From a virus, in the IMG/VR virus record IMGVR_UViG_3300025383_001098: a DNA stretch of 64,000 nt; one strand, given 5' to 3'. Shown piece by piece: positions 1 to 8,768 of the stretch. The position numbers were made by a program, and so were the translations under genes. The notes beneath the pieces are model-generated. The model ran no database searches. It was not told where the DNA came from and was given only the letters and a program-made list of their open reading frames with translations. Each line of letters opens with the position of its first letter. Within the stretch, counting starts at the first letter, position 1.

Positions 1-2
1 AT

Positions 3-1037
3 TCTGACTGGAAGGCATATCGCCAAGGCTGTATGTTCCTTGAAGGTTTGGGCATACCATATAGACTAACTGTTAATCTTGACGAATATCTATCCACTCC
101 GGCCGACATTAAATTGGCCATTTCTAACAGTAGATTTGGTAAATTTTTTAGTACAATACACTACCAAGAATTTGTTAATACTGTAAACAATATCGCCGCC
201 CAAAGTGATGCTGTTGTTTTAATCGAAAGCGAACTGCATCAAGAATCTTGTTTTTATTCACGGTGTAGATCAAATGTTCATTGGGTTATTCCCGGTATTG
301 TAAATACCAAACTTGACAATCAATTTTTCAGCGGCGCCTGGTTAGAAAGAACCAGAGACTTGTACAGACAACTGCCCGACAAATTAAGTCAACTCGATCC
401 TTTGTCTGTTAAACCAAAATACTTTGATGCTTTATTGGGAATGGTAAAACCGCATAGAACCTTTGTTTTTAATTCTGTTGGCGAACATAGACTCGCAGAC
501 AAAATTATAGAGACTTATAGTGCAGCAAAACAAGATTTTTTGTACGAATCTGGCACGGTTCGTGCTGATAATAACCCCGATACTACACAGAATATTGTCT
601 ACGAAGGCATAGACACAACCATAAGCCAGGTTATTCCCATTGGTATCTATAACCAAACAGCCTATACCATTGTAACCGAAACTGACACGGATAATGAATT
701 TAGTTTTTTTACCGAAAAAATAGCCAAACCATTAATAGCACGTAGGCTATTTGTAGTATTTTCGGGACAGCATTATCTACAAAATTTACGCAGTTTAGGT
801 TTTAAAACATTTGATGGTATTATCGATGAAACCTATGACACTATTGAAAATGCGGAACATCGTTTTATATCTGCTTTTCAACAGGTAAAACGATTGTGTG
901 AAATGAACCAGTCTGAAGTACTTGCCCAAATCAACGAAATAGTAAATCACAATCATCAGATGATTATGAACGGCGAGTGGGGCAATATGGTACGACAGTA
1001 TCCTGCTGATGTTGTCAAAAACTTGACAAATAAATAA
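3..1037 (+). CDS. GT-B (GT10-like) glycosyltransferase-like protein, paralogue 1; probably 5'-truncated by the window edge
   Basis: Frame is open from position 3. C-terminal motif ET..FFTEKIAKP...RRLF....GFKTFDGIIDETYD is shared with the ORFs at 16436 and 25023. Confidence 0.55.
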   Translation, partial: SDWKAYRQGCMFLEGLGIPYRLTVNLDEYLSTPADIKLAISNSRFGKFFSTIHYQEFVNTVNNIAAQSDAVVLIESELHQESCFYSRCRSNVHWVIPGIVNTKLDNQFFSGAWLERTRDLYRQLPDKLSQLDPLSVKPKYFDALLGMVKPHRTFVFNSVGEHRLADKIIETYSAAKQDFLYESGTVRADNNPDTTQNIVYEGIDTTISQVIPIGIYNQTAYTIVTETDTDNEFSFFTEKIAKPLIARRLFVVFSGQHYLQNLRSLGFKTFDGIIDETYDTIENAEHRFISAFQQVKRLCEMNQSEVLAQINEIVNHNHQMIMNGEWGNMVRQYPADVVKNLTNK

Positions 1038-1051
1038 AAACCCATTATAAT
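1023..1051 (+). promoter_or_regulatory. sigma70-type promoter
   Basis: TTGACA-17nt-TATAAT just upstream of ATG 1058. Confidence 0.7.
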
Positions 1052-1057
1052 ACAAGC

Positions 1058-1591
1058 ATGGATATAATGCTTGATTTAGAATCGTTAGGAACACGCCCAG
1101 ATTGTGTAATATTAACTTTGGGTGCTGTTAAATTTGATCCCTTTGAATTAGGGAAAGAACCGGGCCCGGGGCTATATCTACGAATAGACGTAGATGAACA
1201 AACCGCGATTGGGCGTAATATCCAAGACGACACTTTAAACTGGTGGATGAATCAAGCCGAGGATGTACGCGAAGAAGCCTTTGGTACAGAAGATCGTGTT
1301 AGTTTATCTACTATGTATCAAGAACTTAATCGCTTTTTAGTAGGTGCCAATAATATCTGGGCGCAAGGTCCAGTATTTGATATTGCTATTTTAGAAAACA
1401 TTTATCGTCAACAGGGCTGGCCAACCCCATGGCAGTTCTGGCAGATACGTGACTCACGTACACTATTTGGTGTACACGGAGATCCACGTGAAAAAGGCAA
1501 AGCTGGATTACATAATGCTTTAGAAGATTGTGTTAGCCAAGCAGTTGCAGTTCAAAAAGTCTATAATAAACTGGGTTTAACTAAAACCTAA
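1058..1591 (+). CDS. DEDDh 3'-5' exonuclease (DexA/DUF5051-like)
   Basis: Motifs DLESLG, WAQG..FD, RDSRT and HNALED. Confidence 0.85.
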   Translation: MDIMLDLESLGTRPDCVILTLGAVKFDPFELGKEPGPGLYLRIDVDEQTAIGRNIQDDTLNWWMNQAEDVREEAFGTEDRVSLSTMYQELNRFLVGANNIWAQGPVFDIAILENIYRQQGWPTPWQFWQIRDSRTLFGVHGDPREKGKAGLHNALEDCVSQAVAVQKVYNKLGLTKT

Positions 1592-1701
1592 CTCTAAGAG
1601 AAAACACACACTTAAATTTCTTTCGGATCCTGTTAAATACTAATAGGAGCTGGAATCTACACGATTCTGCTACCAATAATAATAATTAAAAAAGGTAGAA
1701 G

Positions 1702-2184
1702 ATGCGTTGTTTCAACAAGATTATTCTAATCATAATCGCCGGGTGGGCAAGTAGTACCTACGCCACTCCGATAAACGACTTTCAATTTAAAAGCCCAAGT
1801 TTAAACGGATCTGGATATGGCGCTTTCCAACTTGGCTTGGAAAACGAGCAATATACACGTCAGCAAGCCGTTGCGGCACAACTCAAAGCCGATGCTGTAG
1901 CAGCAGCTGCGGCAGCACAAAACACTCCCTTACAACAATTTCTAACTAACTTAGAGTCGCGTATCTACGCACAAATATCTCAAAACGTAGCTACAAGTAT
2001 GTTCAGTACCCCGGGACAAGTTCAGCCCGGTAGCATTGCCTTTGGCGCTGGAAATATAACTTGGGGACAGATTATCATGCCCGGCGGAGGCCAGGGAATA
2101 CAATTACACGTGTTTGATGGTATGAATATGACTACTATCAACGTGCCAATGGGCCAATTTACACCAGGCGGGGGCGGGCAATAA
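1702..2184 (+). CDS. csgF: CsgF-like curli assembly protein
   Basis: Signal peptide; FQFKSPSLNG resembles the CsgF F.F.NP.FGG N-terminus; LQQFLTNLESRIYAQIS helix; translationally coupled to csgG. Confidence 0.75.
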   Translation: MRCFNKIILIIIAGWASSTYATPINDFQFKSPSLNGSGYGAFQLGLENEQYTRQQAVAAQLKADAVAAAAAAQNTPLQQFLTNLESRIYAQISQNVATSMFSTPGQVQPGSIAFGAGNITWGQIIMPGGGQGIQLHVFDGMNMTTINVPMGQFTPGGGGQ

Positions 2185-3488
2185 TGAAACGCTTATTAAT
2201 TTTATCCGCCTTGGTTGCTCTATTGTCTGGTTGTGCTGTTAGCCAGAAAGTGGGCCTCCTGGAAGAAAAACCAAAACTAATGAAACAGGAAATGGTCAAA
2301 GAACTTGATTCTGTTCCTCCTCCTCGTAACGGTAGATTAACTGTGGCGGTGTATAGTTTTGCTGATAAAACAGGACAACGTAAAGCAACCCCGGGAGTGG
2401 CAAGTTTTTCAACAGCAGTTACACAAGGTGGTGACGCATTGTTGATACGTGCTTTACAAGATGTTGGACGTGGCACTTGGTTTGACGTAGTTGAGCGCGG
2501 CGGATTAGATAATTTAACCAAAGAACGACTAATCATTACACAGATGCGACAGGCCTACGAAGGCAACAACGCACAAAAATTAATGCCTTTACAATTTGCC
2601 GGTATCTTAATTGAAGGCGGAATCATTGGATATGATTCAGGATTAGAATCTGGTGGTACAGGTTATAACTTCTTGGGCATTGGTCCCACAACACAATACA
2701 GCAAAGATGTAATCACAATCAGCCTACGTGCTGTAAGTGTAAACACAGGTAAGATATTAGCCACAGTAGCAGTTACAAAAACAGTTTATTCTACAGCAGA
2801 TGCTATTGCTATCTTTAAGAGTGTAGATCCAGGCGGAAGTATAAATGATTTAGTTAAACAAATTGGTGCGCCAAACACAGGAAGTCAAAGTTCTGTTGCT
2901 GCCATATTTCAATTTGAATCTGGTCTAACAGTCAACGAAGCAACTACTATTGCACTTAAGGCCGCTGTTGAAAGTAGTGTAGTTGAATTAATTAAAGAAG
3001 GCGAGCGTAAAGGGATATGGGAATATAAGTTTCCAATGACCCCAGACAAATCATGGTGGGATCTCAGCCGAGACGAAACAAAACCAGTGGCGGAAGTTAA
3101 AAAAGAAGAACCAAAAACACAGCCAGTGGTAGAAGTTAAAAAAGAAGAGCCAACAGTTGCACCAATTGGTCTAAAGAAAACAACCTTGGCTGATGCTACC
3201 AGAGTCTACTCTACCAAGTCAAATTTAAATGGGCCAAGTTACGGACCATATTTAATATATCCTAAGGATACAGTAGTACAGGTAGCACCAACAGAGTTTA
3301 ATGATGTTGTAGAAATAACAACCCCTAACGGTAAACGCGGTTATGTTAAATCTGCACAAATTAAAGAAGAAGTAGTTGTGCCAAAAACATCACCTAAATT
3401 GACTACGGAAGCAGTAATTCCGTTGAGTCAATCAAATAAGGCAGATGTTCCGGCAGATGTATCAGCAAAAGAAGGAGTATTAAAATAG
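2184..3488 (+). CDS. csgG: CsgG curli secretion channel lipoprotein with C-terminal PEK linker and SH3b-like domain
   Basis: Lipobox LSGC; VAVYSFADKTGQRK, FSTAVTQG, WFDVVERGGLDNLTKER and EGGIIGYD motifs. Confidence 0.92.
   Translation: MKRLLILSALVALLSGCAVSQKVGLLEEKPKLMKQEMVKELDSVPPPRNGRLTVAVYSFADKTGQRKATPGVASFSTAVTQGGDALLIRALQDVGRGTWFDVVERGGLDNLTKERLIITQMRQAYEGNNAQKLMPLQFAGILIEGGIIGYDSGLESGGTGYNFLGIGPTTQYSKDVITISLRAVSVNTGKILATVAVTKTVYSTADAIAIFKSVDPGGSINDLVKQIGAPNTGSQSSVAAIFQFESGLTVNEATTIALKAAVESSVVELIKEGERKGIWEYKFPMTPDKSWWDLSRDETKPVAEVKKEEPKTQPVVEVKKEEPTVAPIGLKKTTLADATRVYSTKSNLNGPSYGPYLIYPKDTVVQVAPTEFNDVVEITTPNGKRGYVKSAQIKEEVVVPKTSPKLTTEAVIPLSQSNKADVPADVSAKEGVLK
3083..3152 (+). repeat. Tandem intragenic repeat (PVAEVKKEEP / PVVEVKKEEP) in the CsgG linker
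   Basis: ccagtggcggaagttaaaaaagaagaacca and ccagtggtagaagttaaaaaagaagagcca. Confidence 0.8.
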
Positions 3489-3551
3489 GAGCAATACCGA
3501 TGGAGTAGTAGGAGCCATAGGACAAGGCCATAGGCCAAAGGAAAAAAGAAA

Positions 3552-4478
3552 ATGAAATATAGACTGGCAAGAATAATAACAATAATGCTTGGTCTTGTGT
3601 GTACAGGTGTTTATGCTGCTGATAACAGCATTTACATTAATCAAACAGGTAGCAATTCGACAATTAACATGACCCAGAATGGTGCGAGTAACGTTGTCGA
3701 GGGCATTCAGACAACCGGCTCGGGCCCAACCACGCCCGCAGTAATTACAGGTAATAATAACACAGTCAACGTAAGTCAAGTTGGTTCTGGCAATACTCTA
3801 CAGTTAGGTGTACAAACTGGTATAGCCAATAGTGGACAAAATACGGGTTCGGGATCAGGTAATAACTTTACCTACAACGTGACCGGTGACAATGCCACAG
3901 CCGTTATTAATAGTAATAATACAGGCACAGCAGGAGCGAGCTTGAGTAATAATGTTACTGTGAACCAAAGCGGTGATAATTCCAACTTGAATGTTAACCT
4001 ATTAGGGTCAAATAATAACTTTACAGCAACAACCAGCGGTGGTGCAAGCAATAGTGTAGTAGCTACTATCAAAGGCACCGGTACTAATGATACTATTAGT
4101 ATGACTGGCGGAGCAAGTAATAGTATGACTTTGAATCAAGGTGTAAACACTAACGTGGTAACAGGTACAAATGTAAACGTATCAAGTGTTGGTAGTAATA
4201 ACACTTATACATTAAACCAAGATGGTGGTACTAATGGTAACTCAATTACCATTGGTGGATATAATGCCACTGGTACAAACGTAAGTGGATCAGCAGTTGG
4301 CAATGGTAATACCTATACCGTGACACAGTCAGGTAGTTATGATAATACCTTGGTACTTGGTGTAACTGGTGGTAGCAATACCTTCGGCATTACACAAACA
4401 GCAACAGGCGGTAATAATGTAACTAACATTCAATCGAATGGTAGTAGCAACTCATGGACAATACACCAAACACGCTAA
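3552..4478 (+). CDS. Curlin-like beta-solenoid secreted protein (CsgA/B-like)
   Basis: Signal peptide; Asn/Gly/Thr/Ser-rich with repeated N-x-hydrophobic-x-hydrophobic-x-Q-x-G-x-x-N units; follows csgG. Confidence 0.75.
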   Translation: MKYRLARIITIMLGLVCTGVYAADNSIYINQTGSNSTINMTQNGASNVVEGIQTTGSGPTTPAVITGNNNTVNVSQVGSGNTLQLGVQTGIANSGQNTGSGSGNNFTYNVTGDNATAVINSNNTGTAGASLSNNVTVNQSGDNSNLNVNLLGSNNNFTATTSGGASNSVVATIKGTGTNDTISMTGGASNSMTLNQGVNTNVVTGTNVNVSSVGSNNTYTLNQDGGTNGNSITIGGYNATGTNVSGSAVGNGNTYTVTQSGSYDNTLVLGVTGGSNTFGITQTATGGNNVTNIQSNGSSNSWTIHQTR

Positions 4479-4479
4479 T

Positions 4480-4650
4480 ATGGATAGACGTTTTTTGGAA
4501 ATAATGTATCAACAGTGGAGTCAGGGCATGACAGACTATGCTCACCGCTGGATAGATTTTGTGGAAATGGCTGCAAAGGTTAATGGAACCACAGCCGATC
4601 AAATAATGAAAGAGTTACAGAAATGCCATTGGTTTATAAAGGGAGACTGA
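4480..4650 (+). CDS. Small hypothetical protein
   Basis: ATG follows the previous stop directly; 56 aa inside the operon. Confidence 0.45.
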   Translation: MDRRFLEIMYQQWSQGMTDYAHRWIDFVEMAAKVNGTTADQIMKELQKCHWFIKGD

Positions 4651-5780
4651 TATGGACGGGACTACTATGCGTACTCTTAGGGAGTATATCCACGAACTCC
4701 GACGCCGCGATCGGGACCATAACGGAACAGGTCAATACCCCTCCTTCGATACAACGGTCGAAGACGACTCTAACTGGGACCAAGGGGACCGGGGTGGAGA
4801 TGCAGGACAGCATCAACACAACAAAGGGTAAGGTTGGTATTGTATTTGCTGATGATACTAAGGTACAGGTAAATGAAAATTCTAAGCTGGTCATTGATGA
4901 GTTCGTATATGATCCAAAAAATAAAGACGCTGGTAAGCTGGCTCTTAACATGGCTTCTGGGACTGTTAGATATGCTTCTGGGGCAATCGCCCACAACAAT
5001 CCTAATAAGGTCGCTATCAATACTCCTACTGCTACTGTGGCTGTTAGAGGCACTGATTTTACTGCCACGGTCGACGAATTAGGCGAATCAACTGTAATTT
5101 TATTACCATCATGTCCACGCAAAGACATGATGCCGGACGAAATAGAACGCCTGTGCAAGACTGGAAAGATAGATGTCATCAACGATGCCGGCACAGTCAC
5201 CCTGGACCAACCATTCCAAGGCACCAAGGTAACAGCACGTAACGTACCTCCAACTCGTCCTGCTGTACTACGCCTAAATGAAGATGGCATCAGCAACATC
5301 TTGATCCTTGCACCTCCCCAGGAAATCAAAAACGCTCTACGCCAACGTGAAGAAGAAAAGCAAATGGCGGTGTCAGCACTCAGCCAAAACTTCCTACAGG
5401 GTGTTGACCTTGGTAGCGTACTTGCTGCACAAAACGCTACCTTTATGAGTAACGCATTACAACGTAACTTCTTAGATCAAGACTTTTTAGCAAACATATT
5501 AACATTATTGAATGAACAGTTGGCACAGGAATTTGGTAACTTATTAGCACCAAAGACCAATGGTATATTGCCAGACTACAAAGCCAGCACTGGTGTGGTA
5601 GCTACAGTTGATCCTATTAATGTTACATTATGTCGAACAGATTCTGGTAATAATACAAGTTGTATTATGACGCCACATGGACAGAATTCAACTGTTACAC
5701 AAACACAAAGCGAAAACGTTGCCATTAAAAATCGTATTAATCAAGGTGGCAACACTATTATAAACATAAAGCAGAACTAA
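4623..5780 (+). CDS. FecR-domain secreted/periplasmic protein with curlin-like C-terminal tail
   Basis: Signal peptide; D.I.T..G...I.FADDT...V.ENS.L.ID and INTPTATVAVRGTDF FecR motifs; ends NRINQGGNTIINIKQN. Confidence 0.85.
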   Translation: MPLVYKGRLIWTGLLCVLLGSISTNSDAAIGTITEQVNTPPSIQRSKTTLTGTKGTGVEMQDSINTTKGKVGIVFADDTKVQVNENSKLVIDEFVYDPKNKDAGKLALNMASGTVRYASGAIAHNNPNKVAINTPTATVAVRGTDFTATVDELGESTVILLPSCPRKDMMPDEIERLCKTGKIDVINDAGTVTLDQPFQGTKVTARNVPPTRPAVLRLNEDGISNILILAPPQEIKNALRQREEEKQMAVSALSQNFLQGVDLGSVLAAQNATFMSNALQRNFLDQDFLANILTLLNEQLAQEFGNLLAPKTNGILPDYKASTGVVATVDPINVTLCRTDSGNNTSCIMTPHGQNSTVTQTQSENVAIKNRINQGGNTIINIKQN

Positions 5781-7255
5781 TGAAACGCATATTAATTATA
5801 TTCTTTCTGCTAATCACAATTGGTCTTGGTGTTCACAGTCAAGACGTAGATGCCAGCGGAGTAGCCGGATGGAACTATACCACCTACTATGGTGGCGGAG
5901 CAAGTCCAAGTATTACCAACAGAACTGTAGATACTACAGGTGTAACCACATCAATCAACTACAACTGGGGCGGCGGATTAGTATTAGATAGTGGTTTATA
6001 TGACGGAGTTATCATACACTTTCAAGGATACTTGCGAGCACCTATCACAGGTACCTATCAATTTGGAGTGGCCAGCGATGATGGCAATCAGCTGACTATC
6101 AACAATACTGTGATAACAGCCTGTTGGTGCGAACAAGGTACTACATTTAGATCGGGCAGTATCTATCTCACAGCCGGACAAATAGTACCAGCGGATATTT
6201 GGTATTATGAAAACGGTGGAGGTGCCGCTGTACAGTTTTATTGGTATACCAATGGATCGTGGCAAATAGTACCTACATCAATGATGGCCACGTCAGCCAG
6301 CTACTGGGGACCAAGTATAACTGGCACAGGCACCGGAACAGTTACTACAACAAGTACAAGTGGATCAATCACATCAACATATAGCCAACCAGTGACCATT
6401 ACGTATTACAGTGACGGAACACAAACTACTGCCAACAACGGAGTAGCCACATTGATCAGTACCACTGATACTGGTGGGTCGTTGACTATCACCGCTACAC
6501 AACAACAAATGGTCAACACCGTTGCGTCAAGAATGCCCGGCTTAGGTGATAACAGCATCTACATAACGCAGACTGGTAATAGCGATACAATTAACATTAC
6601 ACAAAAAGGCGCCGGAAATAAAATAGATGGTGCCACAAGTACAGCCAATGGGCCAGGGTACACTACAGCCGCTCCTATTACTGGAGGCGGGAATCACATT
6701 ACGGTGCGGCAACAATCAAACAACAATTTGATTGATCTTGCGGCTTTAGGTGGTAATAATACCCTTAATTTAAATCAAGGTACAGATGCTAACGGAAACT
6801 CAACTGGCTTAGACACCGGCGGACACTATCAATTTGACTATGTTAATGGTGCAGGTAACACGCTGACTGTAGTACAAGAAAACACCGGCCTTAATGCTGG
6901 ACAATTTAGTAGCGTGGCCATAGTTGGAAACTTAAACACCGTAGGGATTACACAAACTGGCACAGCTCGTAATCAGTTGTTTGCTACAGTATCAGGCAAT
7001 AGTAACTCAATAACTACAAGCCAAACAGGAACCAGTGCAGGTTATATTAACATTAATGCAACTGGTAATGGTAACTCTGCGGTAGTGAATCAATCAAACA
7101 CTGGAGCCAGTGGCACTAATAATGCTTCGATAACATTAATCAATAATGGATCTCCGGCCAGTGTAAATTTAACACAAACTGGTGGACAGAATTATTCAGT
7201 AACACAATCATGCGCCACTGCCTGTGGAACTGTAACAGTAAGACAAGGAAATTAA
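5780..7255 (+). CDS. PA14 domain plus curlin-like repeat protein
   Basis: PA14 motifs INYNWG, GYL.AP.TGTY.F...SDDG, YYENGGGA; C-terminal half has Q-x-G-x-x-N repeats. Confidence 0.8.
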   Translation: MKRILIIFFLLITIGLGVHSQDVDASGVAGWNYTTYYGGGASPSITNRTVDTTGVTTSINYNWGGGLVLDSGLYDGVIIHFQGYLRAPITGTYQFGVASDDGNQLTINNTVITACWCEQGTTFRSGSIYLTAGQIVPADIWYYENGGGAAVQFYWYTNGSWQIVPTSMMATSASYWGPSITGTGTGTVTTTSTSGSITSTYSQPVTITYYSDGTQTTANNGVATLISTTDTGGSLTITATQQQMVNTVASRMPGLGDNSIYITQTGNSDTINITQKGAGNKIDGATSTANGPGYTTAAPITGGGNHITVRQQSNNNLIDLAALGGNNTLNLNQGTDANGNSTGLDTGGHYQFDYVNGAGNTLTVVQENTGLNAGQFSSVAIVGNLNTVGITQTGTARNQLFATVSGNSNSITTSQTGTSAGYININATGNGNSAVVNQSNTGASGTNNASITLINNGSPASVNLTQTGGQNYSVTQSCATACGTVTVRQGN

Positions 7256-7260
7256 TTAAT

Positions 7261-7449
7261 ATGATATCATTTAAAATGAGTAAATGGGTACGCTTAGATG
7301 AAGCAGATGACATTAGTCTATACGTACAAAAAATTGGTGGCTACTACGAAGTACACAGACATGACATTGAATTCTATGTACCAGTTGAATACAGAGATTT
7401 TATGTTAATTAAATATCCGTTGTTAGACGAGGTGGCTTATGTTTATTAA
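7261..7449 (+). CDS. Hypothetical protein
   Basis: ATG at 7261 after the previous stop; overlaps the next gene. Confidence 0.55.
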   Translation: MISFKMSKWVRLDEADDISLYVQKIGGYYEVHRHDIEFYVPVEYRDFMLIKYPLLDEVAYVY

Positions 7450-7633
7450 ACTATTGGTACAAATTGCTGGCGGACTATTTGGATTCTTTGTTGCCTATCT
7501 AATGTATCGTATTGTCGAACGACCATACGAACGTAGCACAGAGGAAGCTCGAATCAAGTACGAAGCAGAGATGGCAGAAATACGCCGACGGAAAGAACAA
7601 CTGCATCGCAATAAAAAGTCAATTTTTAATTGA
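7439..7633 (+). CDS. Small membrane protein
   Basis: N-terminal TM helix followed by a charged helix. Confidence 0.55.
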   Translation: MFIKLLVQIAGGLFGFFVAYLMYRIVERPYERSTEEARIKYEAEMAEIRRRKEQLHRNKKSIFN

Positions 7634-7687
7634 TAAATAAAAGTGCGGGCACAAGATAAGGTGTCGCTGGAATCCGTAACCAGTGCT

Positions 7688-7713
7688 AAAGGACCGAAAG
7701 GTCCTTTTTCTTT
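7688..7713 (+). terminator. Rho-independent terminator
   Basis: aaaggacc-gaaa-ggtccttt plus T tract. Confidence 0.85.
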
Positions 7714-7787
7714 GTCACAATTTTCTGGTTGACACGTAATAAATACTATGTTACAGTTATATTACAGTAACCGGAAAGGAGTAAGCT

Positions 7788-7946
7788 ATGAAACAAAGCA
7801 AATTAGTGCGTAAAGTGTATCAGGCTTGCTTCGACCACGATGCCGAGAAACAGCTGGAACTTCGCAAGAAGGAATACGCTAAAATCTTGAAACACAAGGC
7901 CGAAGGCAAACCATTTGACACAAAATGGACAGTAGTACAGATTTAA
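7788..7946 (+). CDS. Small basic hypothetical protein (52 aa)
   Basis: aggag SD, ATG 7788, open to TAA 7946; below the ORF-track length cutoff. Confidence 0.6.
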   Translation: MKQSKLVRKVYQACFDHDAEKQLELRKKEYAKILKHKAEGKPFDTKWTVVQI

Positions 7947-7959
7947 CAAAATTGTAATA
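7941..7959 (+). promoter_or_regulatory. Candidate degenerate Pho box
   Basis: tttaaca / tgtaata half-sites at 11-bp spacing upstream of the plcP-like gene. Confidence 0.3.
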
Positions 7960-7991
7960 CTTCAACTACCCATTGGGCGGTAAATACGTAT

Positions 7992-8768
7992 ATGGAACGT
8001 ACTTACCGCTCAATTTTTGTATCCGACATACACTTTGGCACCAGAGACTGTAAGGCCGACGAACTCAATAATTTTCTTAAACACAACACTTGTGAGACTC
8101 TTTACTTAGTAGGCGACATCATTGACGCTTGGAAGATTCAACAAAACAAGTGGCGGTGGAAACAGAGCCATACCAATGCTATCAGACGTATATTAGGTCA
8201 CGCCAAACGTGGAACTCGAGTAGTGTATATAGCTGGCAACCATGACGAATTCCTTCGTCCACTGATACCATATGGTATGGGATTTGGTCGCGTGGAAATA
8301 GTAAATCAAACAGAACACACAGGCGTAGATGGTCGGACATACTTAGTTACACACGGAGATTTGTTTGACGGCATTACACGATTAGCACCGTGGCTAAGTT
8401 TCTTAGGTGATAAATTATATGATTTTGTGCTTGATCTTAATAGTCGTTTTAATTGGCTACGACATCGTCTGGGCTTTGGTTATTGGAGTCTGTCTAAGTT
8501 TCTTAAACATAGGGTCAAAAAGGCCGCCGACTTCATGTTCCAGTTCGAACGAAACTTAGCTGCTTATTGTAAGAAGCGTGGGTTTGATGGTGTTATATGT
8601 GGACATATACATCACGCTGAAATCAAAGAAATTGATGGTGTTGCGTATATGAATGACGGAGATTGGGTCGAGTCAATGACAGCCTTAGTTGAACATCATG
8701 ATGGCCGGTGGGAGATAGTAACCTGGACTCGAGCAAATGACCAAGACAATATTAGTAATAACAGATAA
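7992..8768 (+). CDS. plcP: PlcP-type (LpxH-like) metallophosphoesterase / phospholipase C
   Basis: SDIHFG, LVGDIID.W, RVVYIAGNHDEFLR, HGDLFD, CGHIH and YMNDGDWVES; coupled to a GT4 gene as in plcP-agt loci. Confidence 0.75.
   Translation: MERTYRSIFVSDIHFGTRDCKADELNNFLKHNTCETLYLVGDIIDAWKIQQNKWRWKQSHTNAIRRILGHAKRGTRVVYIAGNHDEFLRPLIPYGMGFGRVEIVNQTEHTGVDGRTYLVTHGDLFDGITRLAPWLSFLGDKLYDFVLDLNSRFNWLRHRLGFGYWSLSKFLKHRVKKAADFMFQFERNLAAYCKKRGFDGVICGHIHHAEIKEIDGVAYMNDGDWVESMTALVEHHDGRWEIVTWTRANDQDNISNNR

Noticed and set aside
4634-5329. 231-aa antisense ORF and other minus-strand ORFs inside recognised genes
   Set aside because: Shadow frames of well-supported plus-strand genes, with no SD or motifs
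7992-8768. True LpxH lipid A biosynthesis enzyme
   Set aside because: Has GNHD rather than the GNRD of LpxH and is coupled to a GT4 gene, which fits PlcP better
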